The translations under genes and the position numbers were made by a program. 64,000 bases of DNA, taken from assembly GCA_963719505.1 (NCBI GenBank), contig CAVRCF010000005.1:192001-256000 (forward strand), given 5' to 3'. The DNA comes from Halobacteriovoraceae bacterium (GTDB lineage: Bacteria; Bdellovibrionota; Bacteriovoracia; Bacteriovoracales; Bacteriovoracaceae). Of the stretch, positions 1 through 10,664 are shown piece after piece; the stretch's first letter is position 1, and the number at the start of each line of letters is the position of its first letter. Below the pieces are notes generated by a model. That model did no database searches, was not told the DNA's origin, and saw only the letters and a program-made list of their open reading frames with translations.

Positions 1-38
1 TGAACAACACTATAAAACCAGAGACGGAAAAGTAATTT

Positions 39-3000
39 ATGGCCACTGAAGCACCTTTACCAGACTCTGAGGAAGAGAGAATTGAACAGCTTAAAAGCTT
101 TAGCATTCTCGATACTGAGGAAGAAGAGTTATTCGATGAGATAGCGCGAACAGCAGCAGCTATTTGTGAAACCAAAATTTCATTAATTAGTCTTGTTGAC
201 TCTAATCGTCAGTGGTTTAAATCTCACCATGGATTGGAAGCTCGTGAAACACCCCGAAATATTTCTTATTGTGGTCATGCAATACTGGGTGATGATGTTT
301 TCATTGTTGAAGATTCTCAAAAGGACGAAAGATTTCGAGACAACCCTCTTCATTTGAGTGCACCACATGTAAGATTTTATGCCGGTGCACCTTTAGTAAC
401 ACAATCTGGCCATAAAATTGGAACTCTTTGTGTTATAGATCACGAACCAAGAAAACTGACTAAAACGCAGGTATCGGCTCTAAAGTCTTTATCGCGGCAA
501 GTTGTATCCTACCTAGAGCTACGAAAAAACCAAAAAAAAATTAGTGATCTTGAGTCAAATGCTAAAAAACTACTGTCCAATATGGCCGAAGGTTTTGTTA
601 TCCAAAACCAAAAAGGGGAGATAGTTGAATTTAATGATTCCGCTTTGAAAATTCTAGATGTTTCGGCTGACCAGCTCTTAGGAGCAGATCAACTCGATCC
701 GAAATGGCAAACTATAAAAGAAGATTACTCACCTTTTCCTCCTATTGAGCATCCTTCTTTAGTGTGTTTAAAGACAGGCAAGAAGGTTCAAGATGTTATT
801 ATGGGGGTAATGACTCCTACTAATAAACTGAGCTGGATTAAAATTAACTCTAGTCCTATAAAGATAGACAATGAAAGTCATTGTCTTACAACCTTTCAGG
901 ATATCACTCAAGAGAAACTTCAGTTAAATTCAAAAGAAGAGGTCCTTGCAAGTATTAGTGAGGGATACTGGGACTGGAAAATACAAGAAGACTTTGAATA
1001 CATGTCTCCAAAGTTTTGGGAGATTTTAGGGATCGATCCTAAAACGAAAAAACATCATCCTGGAGAATGGCAAAAACTCATTTTTCCTGATGACTTAAAG
1101 TTATTAAATGAAAATTATGATCTTCACGTTGAGTCCAAGGGAGAGCATGTATTTAATCAAAATGTTAGATACTACCACTCTGATGGAAGAATTATTTGGG
1201 TTAAGTACGAAGGAAAAGTCATCGAGTGGGACGGTGATAAACCTGTTCGAATGGTTGGTACTCAAAGAGATGTTACAGATGAATTAAAAAGAACTCTAGA
1301 CAATGAGGCCTATGCTAAAGGTCTAGATACTTACGCAATAGTTGCGAGAACAGATTTCAACGGTGTCATCACTTACGTTAATGATAAATTTTGTCAAATA
1401 AGTGGATATGACTGTGAAGAACTAATTGGAAATACTCATAGCCTAATAAATTCCGGATACCACGACGATGCTTTTTTTAAAAACTTTTGGGAGACGATCA
1501 AAAGTGGAAAGCAGTGGAGAGGGGAAATTAAAAATAAAGCTAAAAATGGTGATATATACTGGGTGGATACAACCATTACTCCCGCCTTAGATGACCGTGG
1601 AAATGTCGTCGATTTTTTTTCTTTTCGCTATGATATAACAGAGCGAAAAAACAAAGAGAAAAGAGATCTCTTTATCTCTCAGATCCGAAAGCAATACATT
1701 AAGAGCTACGAGGATCCAAAACCTTTCTTTGATTATCTCTTGGCGAGAGTTGTTGAAATCTCTGATAGCGAGTATGGTTTTATCGGAAGAATTCTTTTAG
1801 ATGAAAATGGTGAAAAGTATTTAAAGACCTACGCTTTAACAGATATTTCTTGGGATGAGAAAACGAGAGAGCTCTTTCAAAACAATTCACTAGAAGGGCT
1901 TGATTTTAGAAACTTAGACACTCTTTTTGGACAAGTTATTAAAACTGAGACAAAACTTATTACGAATAATCCCAGTGAGCACGAAAGCTCCGGTGGGCTT
2001 CCCTTTGGGCACCCTCCTTTAAAATCTTTCTTAGGGATTCCTTTTTTTCAAAGTGATAAATTTATTGGGATGGTGGGAGTAGCCAATCGAGCCATTGGTT
2101 ACTCAGAAGAGTTTTATCAATTCATCGCCCCTCTCATTGAAGTCATCGGAGAGACAGTCGGTAGTTATCATCTTCAAAAACAAATCAAGAGAAAAGATCA
2201 TGAACTTCTAGAAGCATTAAGGATTATTGAGATACAGAATAAAATTTTGACAGTTTCAACTCAAGATAAACCTTTAACCGAAAAACTAAAAGATTCATTG
2301 GATATTGTTTTAAGCATTGATTGGCTTTCAATTAAAAAACAAGGTGGAATCTTTCTTAAAAAAGATAATGCTGACAAACTAATATTAACTGCTCAGTACG
2401 ATTTAGCGACTCCACTTTTGAGCATTTGTAGAGAAATCGACTTTGGCGAGTGCCTGTGTGGAAGAGCTGCAAAAGAGCGAAAAACAATTTTTACTGGATG
2501 TGTCGATCATCGTCATGAAAATACCTTTGAGGGAATGAAGCCTCATGGACATTATAGTGTTCCCATTTTTTATGGTGAAAAACTGCAAGGTGTTATTGTA
2601 CTTTATCTTGATCATGGACATATTGGAGATGAAAGTGAAGTTAATGCTTTAGAGCGAATTTCTCAAAGTATTGGTACTCTTATTTACACCTCTAAAGTTA
2701 AAGAACAACTAGAGAAACAAGAACGTTTCTCCTTTCATAACGCTAAACTAGCCTCACTAGGTCAACTTGCTGCAGGGGTTGGACATGAAATAAACAATCC
2801 CATGGCCATCGTGAAAGGACACACAAGCTTTCTTAAAAAATATATAGACCAGGATACACCTAATCGTGAAAAGTTTAATGAGAGCCTTAATATAATAAAT
2901 TTAGCTGTTGATCGGGTTACGACGATTGTAAAAGGCTTAAAAACTTTCTCTCGATCCGATATGGGGGATTTTACCACTTTTAATATGTCAGTGATGCTAT

Positions 3001-3863
3001 TTGAAACAGTAGATATGTTAAAGGAGATTTACGTTAAAGAAGCTGTTTCAATTGAGGTTGATATAGAAAGTGATCTTTATATAATGGGGGATCGAGGACG
3101 ACTTCAGCAGGTCATTATAAATCTTTTTTCTAATGCAAAAGATGCCATGAAGGGTAAATTCAATAAGATCATTTTAACTGCCAAATCTTCCTTTGGATCG
3201 GTTGAAATATGGGTGAGAGATAATGGAGCGGGCATCCCTGATGATATCATCGATAAAGTTTTTGATCCTTTTTTCACCTCAAAGGGTGTTAACGAAGGAA
3301 CTGGTATAGGTCTGGCTTTGTCCCATCAAATTGTTGTTGAACATAGTGGCAAACTAGAGATAGAGAGCACGGGTGTTAATGGGACAACATTTTATATTAG
3401 TTTGAAGCAAGCAGCTTTTGAGAAGACAGTTTCAGAAAATATTCATCCAGAACCATCAATTGAGGCTGCTGAAATATCCGGAACAGTTTTAATTGTTGAA
3501 GACGAAAAGCCTATAAGAGATATTATAGAGCTCTTTGTAAGTGAATTTGGACACAAGGTGATTACTGCTGAAAATGGGAGAGTTGCTTGGGATCTTTATC
3601 AAAAGGAAAGTGCATCTATAGATATTATCATTACTGATATGCAGATGCCAGAGATGGATGGCCAAGAACTACTGACAAAGATCCATTCTTTTTCTGATTC
3701 AAGACCAGGATGTCTCATTATTACTGGTGGTGTTAATATTAATTTTGAAGATCAAAATTCAGATTTAGGAAAACTTATCGATGGGTTTATTCCAAAACCT
3801 TTTGATATGGATATTGTTGGTGGCAAGATAAAAGATCTTCTGATTAAAAATAAATCAAAGTAG
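39..3863 (+). CDS. Hybrid sensor histidine kinase (GAF-PAS-PAS-PAS-GAF-GAF-HisKA-HATPase-REC)
   Basis: N-terminal GAF (VRFYAGAPL...GTLCVID), PAS/PAC repeats, H-box AAGVGHEINNP, N/G boxes (NLFSNAKDA, DNGAGI, GTGIGL), C-terminal receiver (IVEDE, IITDMQMP, KPF). Confidence 0.95.
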   Translation: MATEAPLPDSEEERIEQLKSFSILDTEEEELFDEIARTAAAICETKISLISLVDSNRQWFKSHHGLEARETPRNISYCGHAILGDDVFIVEDSQKDERFRDNPLHLSAPHVRFYAGAPLVTQSGHKIGTLCVIDHEPRKLTKTQVSALKSLSRQVVSYLELRKNQKKISDLESNAKKLLSNMAEGFVIQNQKGEIVEFNDSALKILDVSADQLLGADQLDPKWQTIKEDYSPFPPIEHPSLVCLKTGKKVQDVIMGVMTPTNKLSWIKINSSPIKIDNESHCLTTFQDITQEKLQLNSKEEVLASISEGYWDWKIQEDFEYMSPKFWEILGIDPKTKKHHPGEWQKLIFPDDLKLLNENYDLHVESKGEHVFNQNVRYYHSDGRIIWVKYEGKVIEWDGDKPVRMVGTQRDVTDELKRTLDNEAYAKGLDTYAIVARTDFNGVITYVNDKFCQISGYDCEELIGNTHSLINSGYHDDAFFKNFWETIKSGKQWRGEIKNKAKNGDIYWVDTTITPALDDRGNVVDFFSFRYDITERKNKEKRDLFISQIRKQYIKSYEDPKPFFDYLLARVVEISDSEYGFIGRILLDENGEKYLKTYALTDISWDEKTRELFQNNSLEGLDFRNLDTLFGQVIKTETKLITNNPSEHESSGGLPFGHPPLKSFLGIPFFQSDKFIGMVGVANRAIGYSEEFYQFIAPLIEVIGETVGSYHLQKQIKRKDHELLEALRIIEIQNKILTVSTQDKPLTEKLKDSLDIVLSIDWLSIKKQGGIFLKKDNADKLILTAQYDLATPLLSICREIDFGECLCGRAAKERKTIFTGCVDHRHENTFEGMKPHGHYSVPIFYGEKLQGVIVLYLDHGHIGDESEVNALERISQSIGTLIYTSKVKEQLEKQERFSFHNAKLASLGQLAAGVGHEINNPMAIVKGHTSFLKKYIDQDTPNREKFNESLNIINLAVDRVTTIVKGLKTFSRSDMGDFTTFNMSVMLFETVDMLKEIYVKEAVSIEVDIESDLYIMGDRGRLQQVIINLFSNAKDAMKGKFNKIILTAKSSFGSVEIWVRDNGAGIPDDIIDKVFDPFFTSKGVNEGTGIGLALSHQIVVEHSGKLEIESTGVNGTTFYISLKQAAFEKTVSENIHPEPSIEAAEISGTVLIVEDEKPIRDIIELFVSEFGHKVITAENGRVAWDLYQKESASIDIIITDMQMPEMDGQELLTKIHSFSDSRPGCLIITGGVNINFEDQNSDLGKLIDGFIPKPFDMDIVGGKIKDLLIKNKSK

Positions 3864-4598
3864 TTATATAATCGGTTTAATTTTTATCTCATTTAAAACT
3901 TCTTCTATCACTTTTTTAATTCCCTCTTGATTGGCGATGCCATAGAGTTCGTACTGCGATTGAGTGAGGACTTTATTTATTTCTCTTTTTTCATCTTTAG
4001 TTTTGTGATGACTATTTGAAAAGTCTAACTTTTTCAAATTCACGTAAAATAAGATGTTAAGATCAGCCCCATCCATTTTAAACTGGATAATCATTTTTTG
4101 AATACTGGCCCATTCTTTAGAGTCAGGGGCTTTCGCAGCTGCTTCAATAAAGCCTTTTTTATTTTTAAAAGCCTTAAGTTGAAAACGAAAAAATTGTTCA
4201 AAAGTTTTCACAAAATATAAGATAGGTTTTATTGGGGTGATATTAATTTGTAAAAAGCCTGCATCAAAAGGAGTCTTTATATCTCCGTAAATAATATAAA
4301 GACTACCAGAGGTGTCTGTAATGGGACAGTTATCTGAGAGATTAAAATTGAATTCCATCTCAGAGGCTTTTGATGGCAGAGCTATACTTTCAAGGACGGT
4401 TATAGCCTTTTCATCTTTGGCCTTAAACTTTTTACTCGCACAAAAACACAAATGACATCCAAGAAAAGATAGATCTGATTTTTGATCAGTGTGGTCTAAG
4501 GCCTTAAAGGTTCCTGATACTGTCTCTCCCTGGCTCCATGACTCTCCATCAATCGTTATATTTAATTCGAGTGGCTTTTTAAAGAATGTTCCTTTCAT
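3864..4598 (-). CDS. Hypothetical protein, possible arrestin/SpoOM-like N-terminal beta-sandwich
   Basis: 244-aa ORF convergent with the kinase; N-terminus ITIDGESWSQGETVSGTF and FNFNLSDNCP resemble arrestin_N/SpoOM starts. Confidence 0.6.
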   Translation of the reverse strand: MKGTFFKKPLELNITIDGESWSQGETVSGTFKALDHTDQKSDLSFLGCHLCFCASKKFKAKDEKAITVLESIALPSKASEMEFNFNLSDNCPITDTSGSLYIIYGDIKTPFDAGFLQINITPIKPILYFVKTFEQFFRFQLKAFKNKKGFIEAAAKAPDSKEWASIQKMIIQFKMDGADLNILFYVNLKKLDFSNSHHKTKDEKREINKVLTQSQYELYGIANQEGIKKVIEEVLNEIKIKPII

Positions 4599-4650
4599 AG
4601 GAGGACTTTATAGAAACCAAAGCTTGGAGTCAAAAGCTTATCCTCTTCAA

Positions 4651-4666
4651 TGGCACGAACCATGCA
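4651..4666 (+). promoter_or_regulatory. Putative sigma54 (-24/-12) promoter
   Basis: TGGCACGAACCATGCA: GG-N10-GC spacing, about 100 nt upstream of the metalloprotease ATG. Confidence 0.6.
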
Positions 4667-4764
4667 ACATATTATTATATAAACAGTTAAGTTTACGTGA
4701 AAACGACAAGTTATAGTGTTTTTGGGTGTCACATTCCTAACACTTGTACAAAACGGGAGATTGC

Positions 4765-5820
4765 ATGAAGTTACTATCTTTTTTATTACTCGGAGTATTC
4801 CTTTTAAGTTCAGGGACAGTTTTTGGTCAAAGTTCTACCGAAGATAGTGGTCCAAGGCTTGATCCACAAAAGATTACCAAATTCATCTCAGATCTCTTTA
4901 GAGAAAAGACTCCAGAAGAAAAAGCTTTGAGAAAAGAAAATAGAGAACAAAGAAGAGCGGCCAGGGAAGCTAGAAGAAGGAAAAAAAGACAATTAAAATG
5001 CTCTATTGCAAAGTCTTTGAAGCCTGATTGTTGGCAAGAAAGAGATGAAGCCGTTATTAATGTTGCTCTTGTCTATTACGGTGATGATTCGATGAAATTA
5101 AGTGATCTCAATAGAATTGAACCAATACTGCAAGAGAGATTTCTTAAGGCCACAGATCACGCCCTTCGACTAAACGTCGTAGCAAAGAGAGTTCTTCCAT
5201 TTAAACAACAAATGCCAAAGAATTTCACGTATAAAGATATCACTGACAAAAAAAGACTTCAAAGAATTTGGTACTATGAAAATGTTGGAGCAAAAGTTCT
5301 AACAGAAGTTTATGAAGAATACACTTCAGCTGAAGATATCGAAACTGTTCACAGACTTGATGCCGTTTTAACAATAACCAGCGCACAGTTTAATGCTCTT
5401 GGATTTGCGACAGGAAGAATGTCAGTGACAGAGTATCCTTCAGAAGTTGCTTTTGGAGCGCCAGGTGGAGGACGAGTCGATTATCCATCTGACTTTACTC
5501 TTGTTGATGAACTTATCCATGAGCTTGGACATAATATGTTTTTAGGCCACACTTCAACTCCTTGCCTTGTTTCAAAAATACAAGAACAAATGGGGATTAC
5601 GACGATCACAAGAGAATTACTTCAAGAAGTTGATAGATGTTGTGCTGATTCTCCAAGTGGTAATGATGTTATGTCTTACTGTAGAAAAAGAGGAAATGTT
5701 TCAGAGGACTTTATGCATGGGTTTGAGAGTTGTAATCTCGATATGATTAAAAATAAGATCATTCCAAATATGCTTAAGGGTGGAACTTGGTTTACTCCTA
5801 ATAGATCTCGATGTATCTAG
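4765..5820 (+). CDS. Secreted zinc metallopeptidase (metzincin-like)
   Basis: Signal peptide MKLLSFLLLGVFLLSSGTVFG (ATG 4765 after GGAG); HELGHNMFLGH zinc motif and Met-turn DVMSY. Confidence 0.75.
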   Translation: MKLLSFLLLGVFLLSSGTVFGQSSTEDSGPRLDPQKITKFISDLFREKTPEEKALRKENREQRRAAREARRRKKRQLKCSIAKSLKPDCWQERDEAVINVALVYYGDDSMKLSDLNRIEPILQERFLKATDHALRLNVVAKRVLPFKQQMPKNFTYKDITDKKRLQRIWYYENVGAKVLTEVYEEYTSAEDIETVHRLDAVLTITSAQFNALGFATGRMSVTEYPSEVAFGAPGGGRVDYPSDFTLVDELIHELGHNMFLGHTSTPCLVSKIQEQMGITTITRELLQEVDRCCADSPSGNDVMSYCRKRGNVSEDFMHGFESCNLDMIKNKIIPNMLKGGTWFTPNRSRCI

Positions 5821-5859
5821 CATATTGATATAGTGAAAATCTTCAGTTATGGTAGGGTG

Positions 5860-6888
5860 GTGAAGCAATCATTCTACCAATTAACCCATCCTCAATTAAC
5901 GGCAATTCTGAAAAAACAGAACTTTAATAGCTCCGGGGCAAACCTCCTATTTAATTGGCATTATAAAAAAAGAGAAACCTCTGCGTGCACGACTGATTTG
6001 GCCAAAGAGACAAGACAATATCTAGAAGAGAATTTCGACTTCCAACTTCCAACAATTGATCAAGCCTTTGAATCCAAAGATAAGACAGTTAAATTTTTAT
6101 TTAAACTTAAAGATGGAAATAAGGTTGAGACGGTGCTCATTCCCTTTAATAATCGCTATTCTATTTGCCTGTCTTCCCAGGTAGGGTGTGCCATGAAGTG
6201 CTCTTTTTGTTTTACGGGAACCCAAGGCTATAAAAGAAATCTTACGGCTGATGAAATTGTTGGGCAGTATCTTAAAGCTTGTCAGTGGCTTGAAAGCGAA
6301 AGACCAGAAGATGGGAAAATTCTCAATATCGTTTTTATGGGACAAGGCGAGCCACTGCATAATTTTGATAATGTACGAGATGCCTGTGAGATTTTAATTT
6401 CACAAGCTGGAACTTCAATAGCCACTCAGAAAATAACGATATCGACCTCGGGTTATTTGCCTGGTTTAAAAAGGTGGATTGATGAGATGCCTGGAGTTAA
6501 TCTCGCATTGTCTTTGCACTCTCCCATAAAAGAGAAAAGAGATGAGCTTATTCCTATTAATAAGAATTATCCTCTGCAAGACGTCTTGGCCTATATAGAT
6601 AAAATCCCTCTTAAGAAAAAACAATTCATCGTTTTTGAATACCTTCTCGTTGCCGACTTCAATGATACCAAAGATGATGCTCATGCAACTGGTGCTCTTC
6701 TTCGTGATAAAGGGGCCCATGTCAATTTAATACCCTTTAATCCCTTTCCGGGCTCAAAGTATAGAAGACCAGACAATGGGAGTATCTTTGCTTTTCAGCA
6801 TATCTTGGAATCCTATGGTATCGCCGCCTTAGTAAGGGCTACCAAAGGTGATGATGTCCTGGCCGCTTGTGGACAGCTGAAGACCTAA
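5860..6888 (+). CDS. rlmN: RlmN-family radical SAM RNA methyltransferase
   Basis: CLSSQVGCAMKCSFC, FMGQGEPL, SLH, NLIPFN, AACGQL; start GTG 5860 inferred (ORF track 5833). Confidence 0.88.
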   Translation: MKQSFYQLTHPQLTAILKKQNFNSSGANLLFNWHYKKRETSACTTDLAKETRQYLEENFDFQLPTIDQAFESKDKTVKFLFKLKDGNKVETVLIPFNNRYSICLSSQVGCAMKCSFCFTGTQGYKRNLTADEIVGQYLKACQWLESERPEDGKILNIVFMGQGEPLHNFDNVRDACEILISQAGTSIATQKITISTSGYLPGLKRWIDEMPGVNLALSLHSPIKEKRDELIPINKNYPLQDVLAYIDKIPLKKKQFIVFEYLLVADFNDTKDDAHATGALLRDKGAHVNLIPFNPFPGSKYRRPDNGSIFAFQHILESYGIAALVRATKGDDVLAACGQLKT

Positions 6889-6985
6889 AAAATTTGTAGT
6901 TTTTATATGAGTAGATGGTTTCTATTTAGGATGTCTTTAAAGTGGGGTATCAAAGTTTTCATAACCGAAAGTTAAGGATTACCCT

Positions 6986-7474
6986 TTGAAAATTATAATC
7001 TTATCATTTATTTTGCTCACCCAAGTCAGTTTTGCTCAATCTTTGCAGGAGTTTAATCTTCTGTCTGACGATCAAAAAATTGAGCTCATTTATTCAAGTG
7101 AATTTATAGAAGTTGATGATCAACAGACAATGAGTGAATTACTTTTGCCCGAGCTTTTAGGGAAGGTTCATACTTTGGCCAATTCCCTGGTGGACGTTTG
7201 GGGTGATACTGTCCTTGAAGGTCCCTATGCTATTGTTCAGGTGGATCTGTCAGTGACAGTTGAGAGTCTCTTTATTAAAAATAATCAGATCTATGCCATT
7301 AAAGCGAGTGTCTCAAATCCGGCTATTATAATTGAATCAGAGGACTGTCATTACAGTTACGAGTCAAGTCAGTATACGGATGAATGTTACGAGGGAATAA
7401 TCTCTCAAGACTTTTATCTCGATGTTAATGGGCAAGAGATAGAATCAGATAACTATGCAGATTTTGATAGTTAA
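6986..7474 (+). CDS. Secreted acidic hypothetical protein
   Basis: TTG start after AAGGA, signal peptide ...QVSFA, D/E-rich mature region. Confidence 0.75.
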   Translation: MKIIILSFILLTQVSFAQSLQEFNLLSDDQKIELIYSSEFIEVDDQQTMSELLLPELLGKVHTLANSLVDVWGDTVLEGPYAIVQVDLSVTVESLFIKNNQIYAIKASVSNPAIIIESEDCHYSYESSQYTDECYEGIISQDFYLDVNGQEIESDNYADFDS

Positions 7475-7725
7475 ATAAGAACATCAACATAAGTCGTTCC
7501 ACTATTAACGGAAGACTTCGCCTTGGCACTTTGACCTTTTATAAGAACTTTCTTCTCAGTAAAAAGCCTCTTCATATGAAGTTTTGAGATCTGGCTGAGC
7601 TGTTCGTTTTCTGTCTGAGAACGAAGGGCTTCCATAAGAATTACATCCAGTCTTGGAGCAGAAGCTTCAAGTTCTAAAGTAACACGAAAGGAATTGTCTG
7701 GTTGTTCTGGTATCTTATAAGTCAT
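7471..7725 (-). CDS. Small S4-like RNA-binding domain protein
   Basis: RLDVIL...SK...KRLFTEKKVLIKGQSAKAKSSV resembles the S4 motif; start ATG 7725 inferred. Confidence 0.65.
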   Translation of the reverse strand: MTYKIPEQPDNSFRVTLELEASAPRLDVILMEALRSQTENEQLSQISKLHMKRLFTEKKVLIKGQSAKAKSSVNSGTTYVDVLI

Positions 7726-7878
7726 GCCTTGATTTAGCATTCAAGCTTCAGAGAGTCAATTTAACCTTATGCTAATCTCATATGTAAAATCTCTAGTTAT
7801 GCGGATCATTGATGGCCATATAGGATATTTACAGTTAACTACAGTCTTTAATAAAATTTGATGAATTTGCGGTAAAAG

Positions 7879-9378
7879 ATGATCCAGTTAAACAGTATTT
7901 CTAAGCACTTTGGTGTTCAAGTTCTTTTCGATGATTTAGATCTTATGGTGGGACGTGGTGAGCGGATCGGCTTTGTGGGAAGAAATGGTTCGGGAAAATC
8001 CACTCTTTTTAAAGTTATTCTAGGTGATCTTACTCCTGATGCCGGGGAAATCAATATCCCAAAAGGCTACAGAATTGGAGCCCTCGATCAGCATATTCAT
8101 TTTACTAAGCCCACAGTTCTTGAAGAATGCTGCCAGGTTTTGACTGAGGATGAGCAATATGACTGGTGGAAAGCCGAAAGAATCCTTTTTGGTTTAGGTT
8201 TTACTGAAGAAGACATGCAAAAAGCCCCGGAGAGTTTCTCTGGAGGATATCAAGTGCGCATCAACCTCACAAAAGCCCTTGTTCAAAACCCTAATCTTCT
8301 TCTTTTAGATGAGCCTACCAACTATCTGGACATCGTCTCTTTGGCCTGGTTAAAGGGCTTTTTAAGATCATTTACAGGTGAGGTCTTATTGATTACTCAC
8401 GATAGAGACTTCATGGATTCTGTGGCGACTCACACCGCTGGTTTGACAAGAAAAAGACTCAGAAAATACAAAGGTGACACCTCAAAGTTCTATGAACAAG
8501 TTGCCGTAAGTGATGAGATGTATGAGCAGACGAGACTAAATCAAGAAAAAAAGAAAAAAGAACTTCAAGGATTTGTCGATCGCTTTGGAGCGAAAGCTTC
8601 AAAAGCGGCTCAGGCCCAGTCCAGAGCAAAACAAATTGAGAAGATGGGAACCATTGCAAAACTTAGTGATGAGCACAGTCTGGGGTTTCGTTTTCATTAT
8701 AAAGAATGTCCAGGTAAGGTTATCTTAGAAGCTAATGATTTAAGCTTCTCATATTCAGGTGAGGCTTGTGATGATCTCTTTTCAAACCTCTCTTTAAGTA
8801 TCGGCCGCCATGACAGGATTGGTATTATTGGGAAAAACGGAAAAGGGAAGTCGACTCTTTTAAATGTTTTAGCCGGTGAACTCAAGGCCAGAACAGGAAC
8901 AATAACAAGCCACCCTTCAATTTCTATGGGGCATTTTGGTCAAACGAATATTGAAAGACTCCATCTTAATAATACGATTCAAAATGAAATAACTGAAAGT
9001 AATCCCGACCTGTCTTTTGCACAGGTGAGAAAAATTTGCGGAACAATGATGTTTGAAGGAGATTTGGCCAATAAGGAAATCTCCGTTCTCTCCGGTGGTG
9101 AAAAAAGTCGAGTGATGCTTGGAAAAATTTTGGCCCATAAATCAAACATCCTCCTTTTGGATGAGCCCACCAACCATCTTGATATGGAATCAATTGAGAG
9201 TCTCACCAATGAGATTGAAAACTTTGAAGGGGCCGTTGTTGTCGTTACTCACTCTGAGCTTATGCTTCGGGCCATCGCCAATAAACTGATTATCTTTCAT
9301 AAAGGCATCGCCGAATTTTTTGACGGAACATATGATGAGTTTCTTGAAAAGATTGGCTGGGAAACAGAAGAATACTAA
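7879..9378 (+). CDS. ABC-F family ATP-binding protein
   Basis: Two ABC domains (GRNGSGKST, FSGG, LLLDEPTN; GKNGKGKST, LSGGE) with linker KAAQAQSR; no TM segments. Confidence 0.95.
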   Translation: MIQLNSISKHFGVQVLFDDLDLMVGRGERIGFVGRNGSGKSTLFKVILGDLTPDAGEINIPKGYRIGALDQHIHFTKPTVLEECCQVLTEDEQYDWWKAERILFGLGFTEEDMQKAPESFSGGYQVRINLTKALVQNPNLLLLDEPTNYLDIVSLAWLKGFLRSFTGEVLLITHDRDFMDSVATHTAGLTRKRLRKYKGDTSKFYEQVAVSDEMYEQTRLNQEKKKKELQGFVDRFGAKASKAAQAQSRAKQIEKMGTIAKLSDEHSLGFRFHYKECPGKVILEANDLSFSYSGEACDDLFSNLSLSIGRHDRIGIIGKNGKGKSTLLNVLAGELKARTGTITSHPSISMGHFGQTNIERLHLNNTIQNEITESNPDLSFAQVRKICGTMMFEGDLANKEISVLSGGEKSRVMLGKILAHKSNILLLDEPTNHLDMESIESLTNEIENFEGAVVVVTHSELMLRAIANKLIIFHKGIAEFFDGTYDEFLEKIGWETEEY

Positions 9379-9393
9379 ACAAAATAGGAATTT

Positions 9394-10659
9394 ATGGCAG
9401 ACTTTAGTGCATTAAAACTTTTACCTGAAATTTTAGAATCAATCAGTGCGAAAGGGTATAAATACCCCACGATTATTCAGGAACGGACTATTCCCGTTCT
9501 TCTTAAAGGTCATGATCTTTTGGGGATAGCTCAAACTGGTACTGGTAAAACGGCTTCGTTTTCACTTCCTCTGATCGATAGACTTCTTCGAAAAAAGGTA
9601 GATGTTAAACCCAATCATTGTCGGGCATTAGTTTTAGCGCCAACTAGAGAGCTTGCGACGCAGATTCATAAAAATATTATCTCTTATTCAAAAAATTCAG
9701 AACTGACATCAACCATTATCATGGGTGGAGTTCGAAAAGAGCGTCAAATTGAATTTATGACTGGGGGAGTAGACGTTATAGTGGCCACTCCTGGCAGACT
9801 TTTAGATCTCATGGGAAGTGAAGATATTCTTCTTGATCAAGTTGAAGTGTTTATTTTAGACGAAGCGGATATGATGCTCGATATGGGTTTTTATCAAGAC
9901 GTTCAAACTATCTGTGACCTTTTACCAACTGACAGACAGACGGTTATGTTCTCTGCAACGATGCCAAAAGTTATAGAAAAATTGGCAAAGTCTATTCTTA
10001 AAAATCCAATAAAAATAGCCGCTGCTCCGCAGTCTTCAACTATTGATAAGATTGAGCAGTCTGTATACTTCACTTTGGAAGACAATAAAATCCCTCTTCT
10101 TTTAAGCCTATTGGAAGATGATTCAATTGAGAGAGTGTTAGTTTTTTGTAAGGCAAAATATTCAGTTTCAAGTATTGTTGAGGCTTTAACTGCAAACGGC
10201 ATCACAACGGGTGAGATTCATAGTAATAGGACTCAGACCGAGAGAAACGAAGCCATTGCTGACTTTACTGAAGGAAATATAAGAGTTCTTGTTGCCACAG
10301 ATATCGCTTCTCGTGGTATCGATATTGATGATGTCACTCATGTTATCAATTATAATATGCCTGAAGACGCTACCTTCTACGTTCACCGAATTGGAAGAAC
10401 GGCACGGGCGGGTCGAGAGGGGACGGCCATTTCTTTTTGCGCTGAGAGAGACCTCGCTCTTCTTCGAAATGTTCAAAAACTTATAGGTTTAGAGATTCCA
10501 AAAGTTGTAGATCAGCCTTTTCACCACGAGTATGCCCCGTTAAAAAAGCAGGGCAATCATAAAGACTCAAGTGCGGCGATGAGAAGAAATGATAGAAAAC
10601 GTCCATCTCAGGCTAGACGAGCCTCTAAGAAAAAGCTTTTGGAAAAATTAAGAAAGTAA
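9394..10659 (+). CDS. DEAD-box RNA helicase (RhlE-like)
   Basis: AQTGTGKT, PTRELA, TPGRLLD, DEAD, SAT, HRIGRTARAG, basic tail. Confidence 0.95.
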   Translation: MADFSALKLLPEILESISAKGYKYPTIIQERTIPVLLKGHDLLGIAQTGTGKTASFSLPLIDRLLRKKVDVKPNHCRALVLAPTRELATQIHKNIISYSKNSELTSTIIMGGVRKERQIEFMTGGVDVIVATPGRLLDLMGSEDILLDQVEVFILDEADMMLDMGFYQDVQTICDLLPTDRQTVMFSATMPKVIEKLAKSILKNPIKIAAAPQSSTIDKIEQSVYFTLEDNKIPLLLSLLEDDSIERVLVFCKAKYSVSSIVEALTANGITTGEIHSNRTQTERNEAIADFTEGNIRVLVATDIASRGIDIDDVTHVINYNMPEDATFYVHRIGRTARAGREGTAISFCAERDLALLRNVQKLIGLEIPKVVDQPFHHEYAPLKKQGNHKDSSAAMRRNDRKRPSQARRASKKKLLEKLRK

Positions 10660-10664
10660 GAGTT

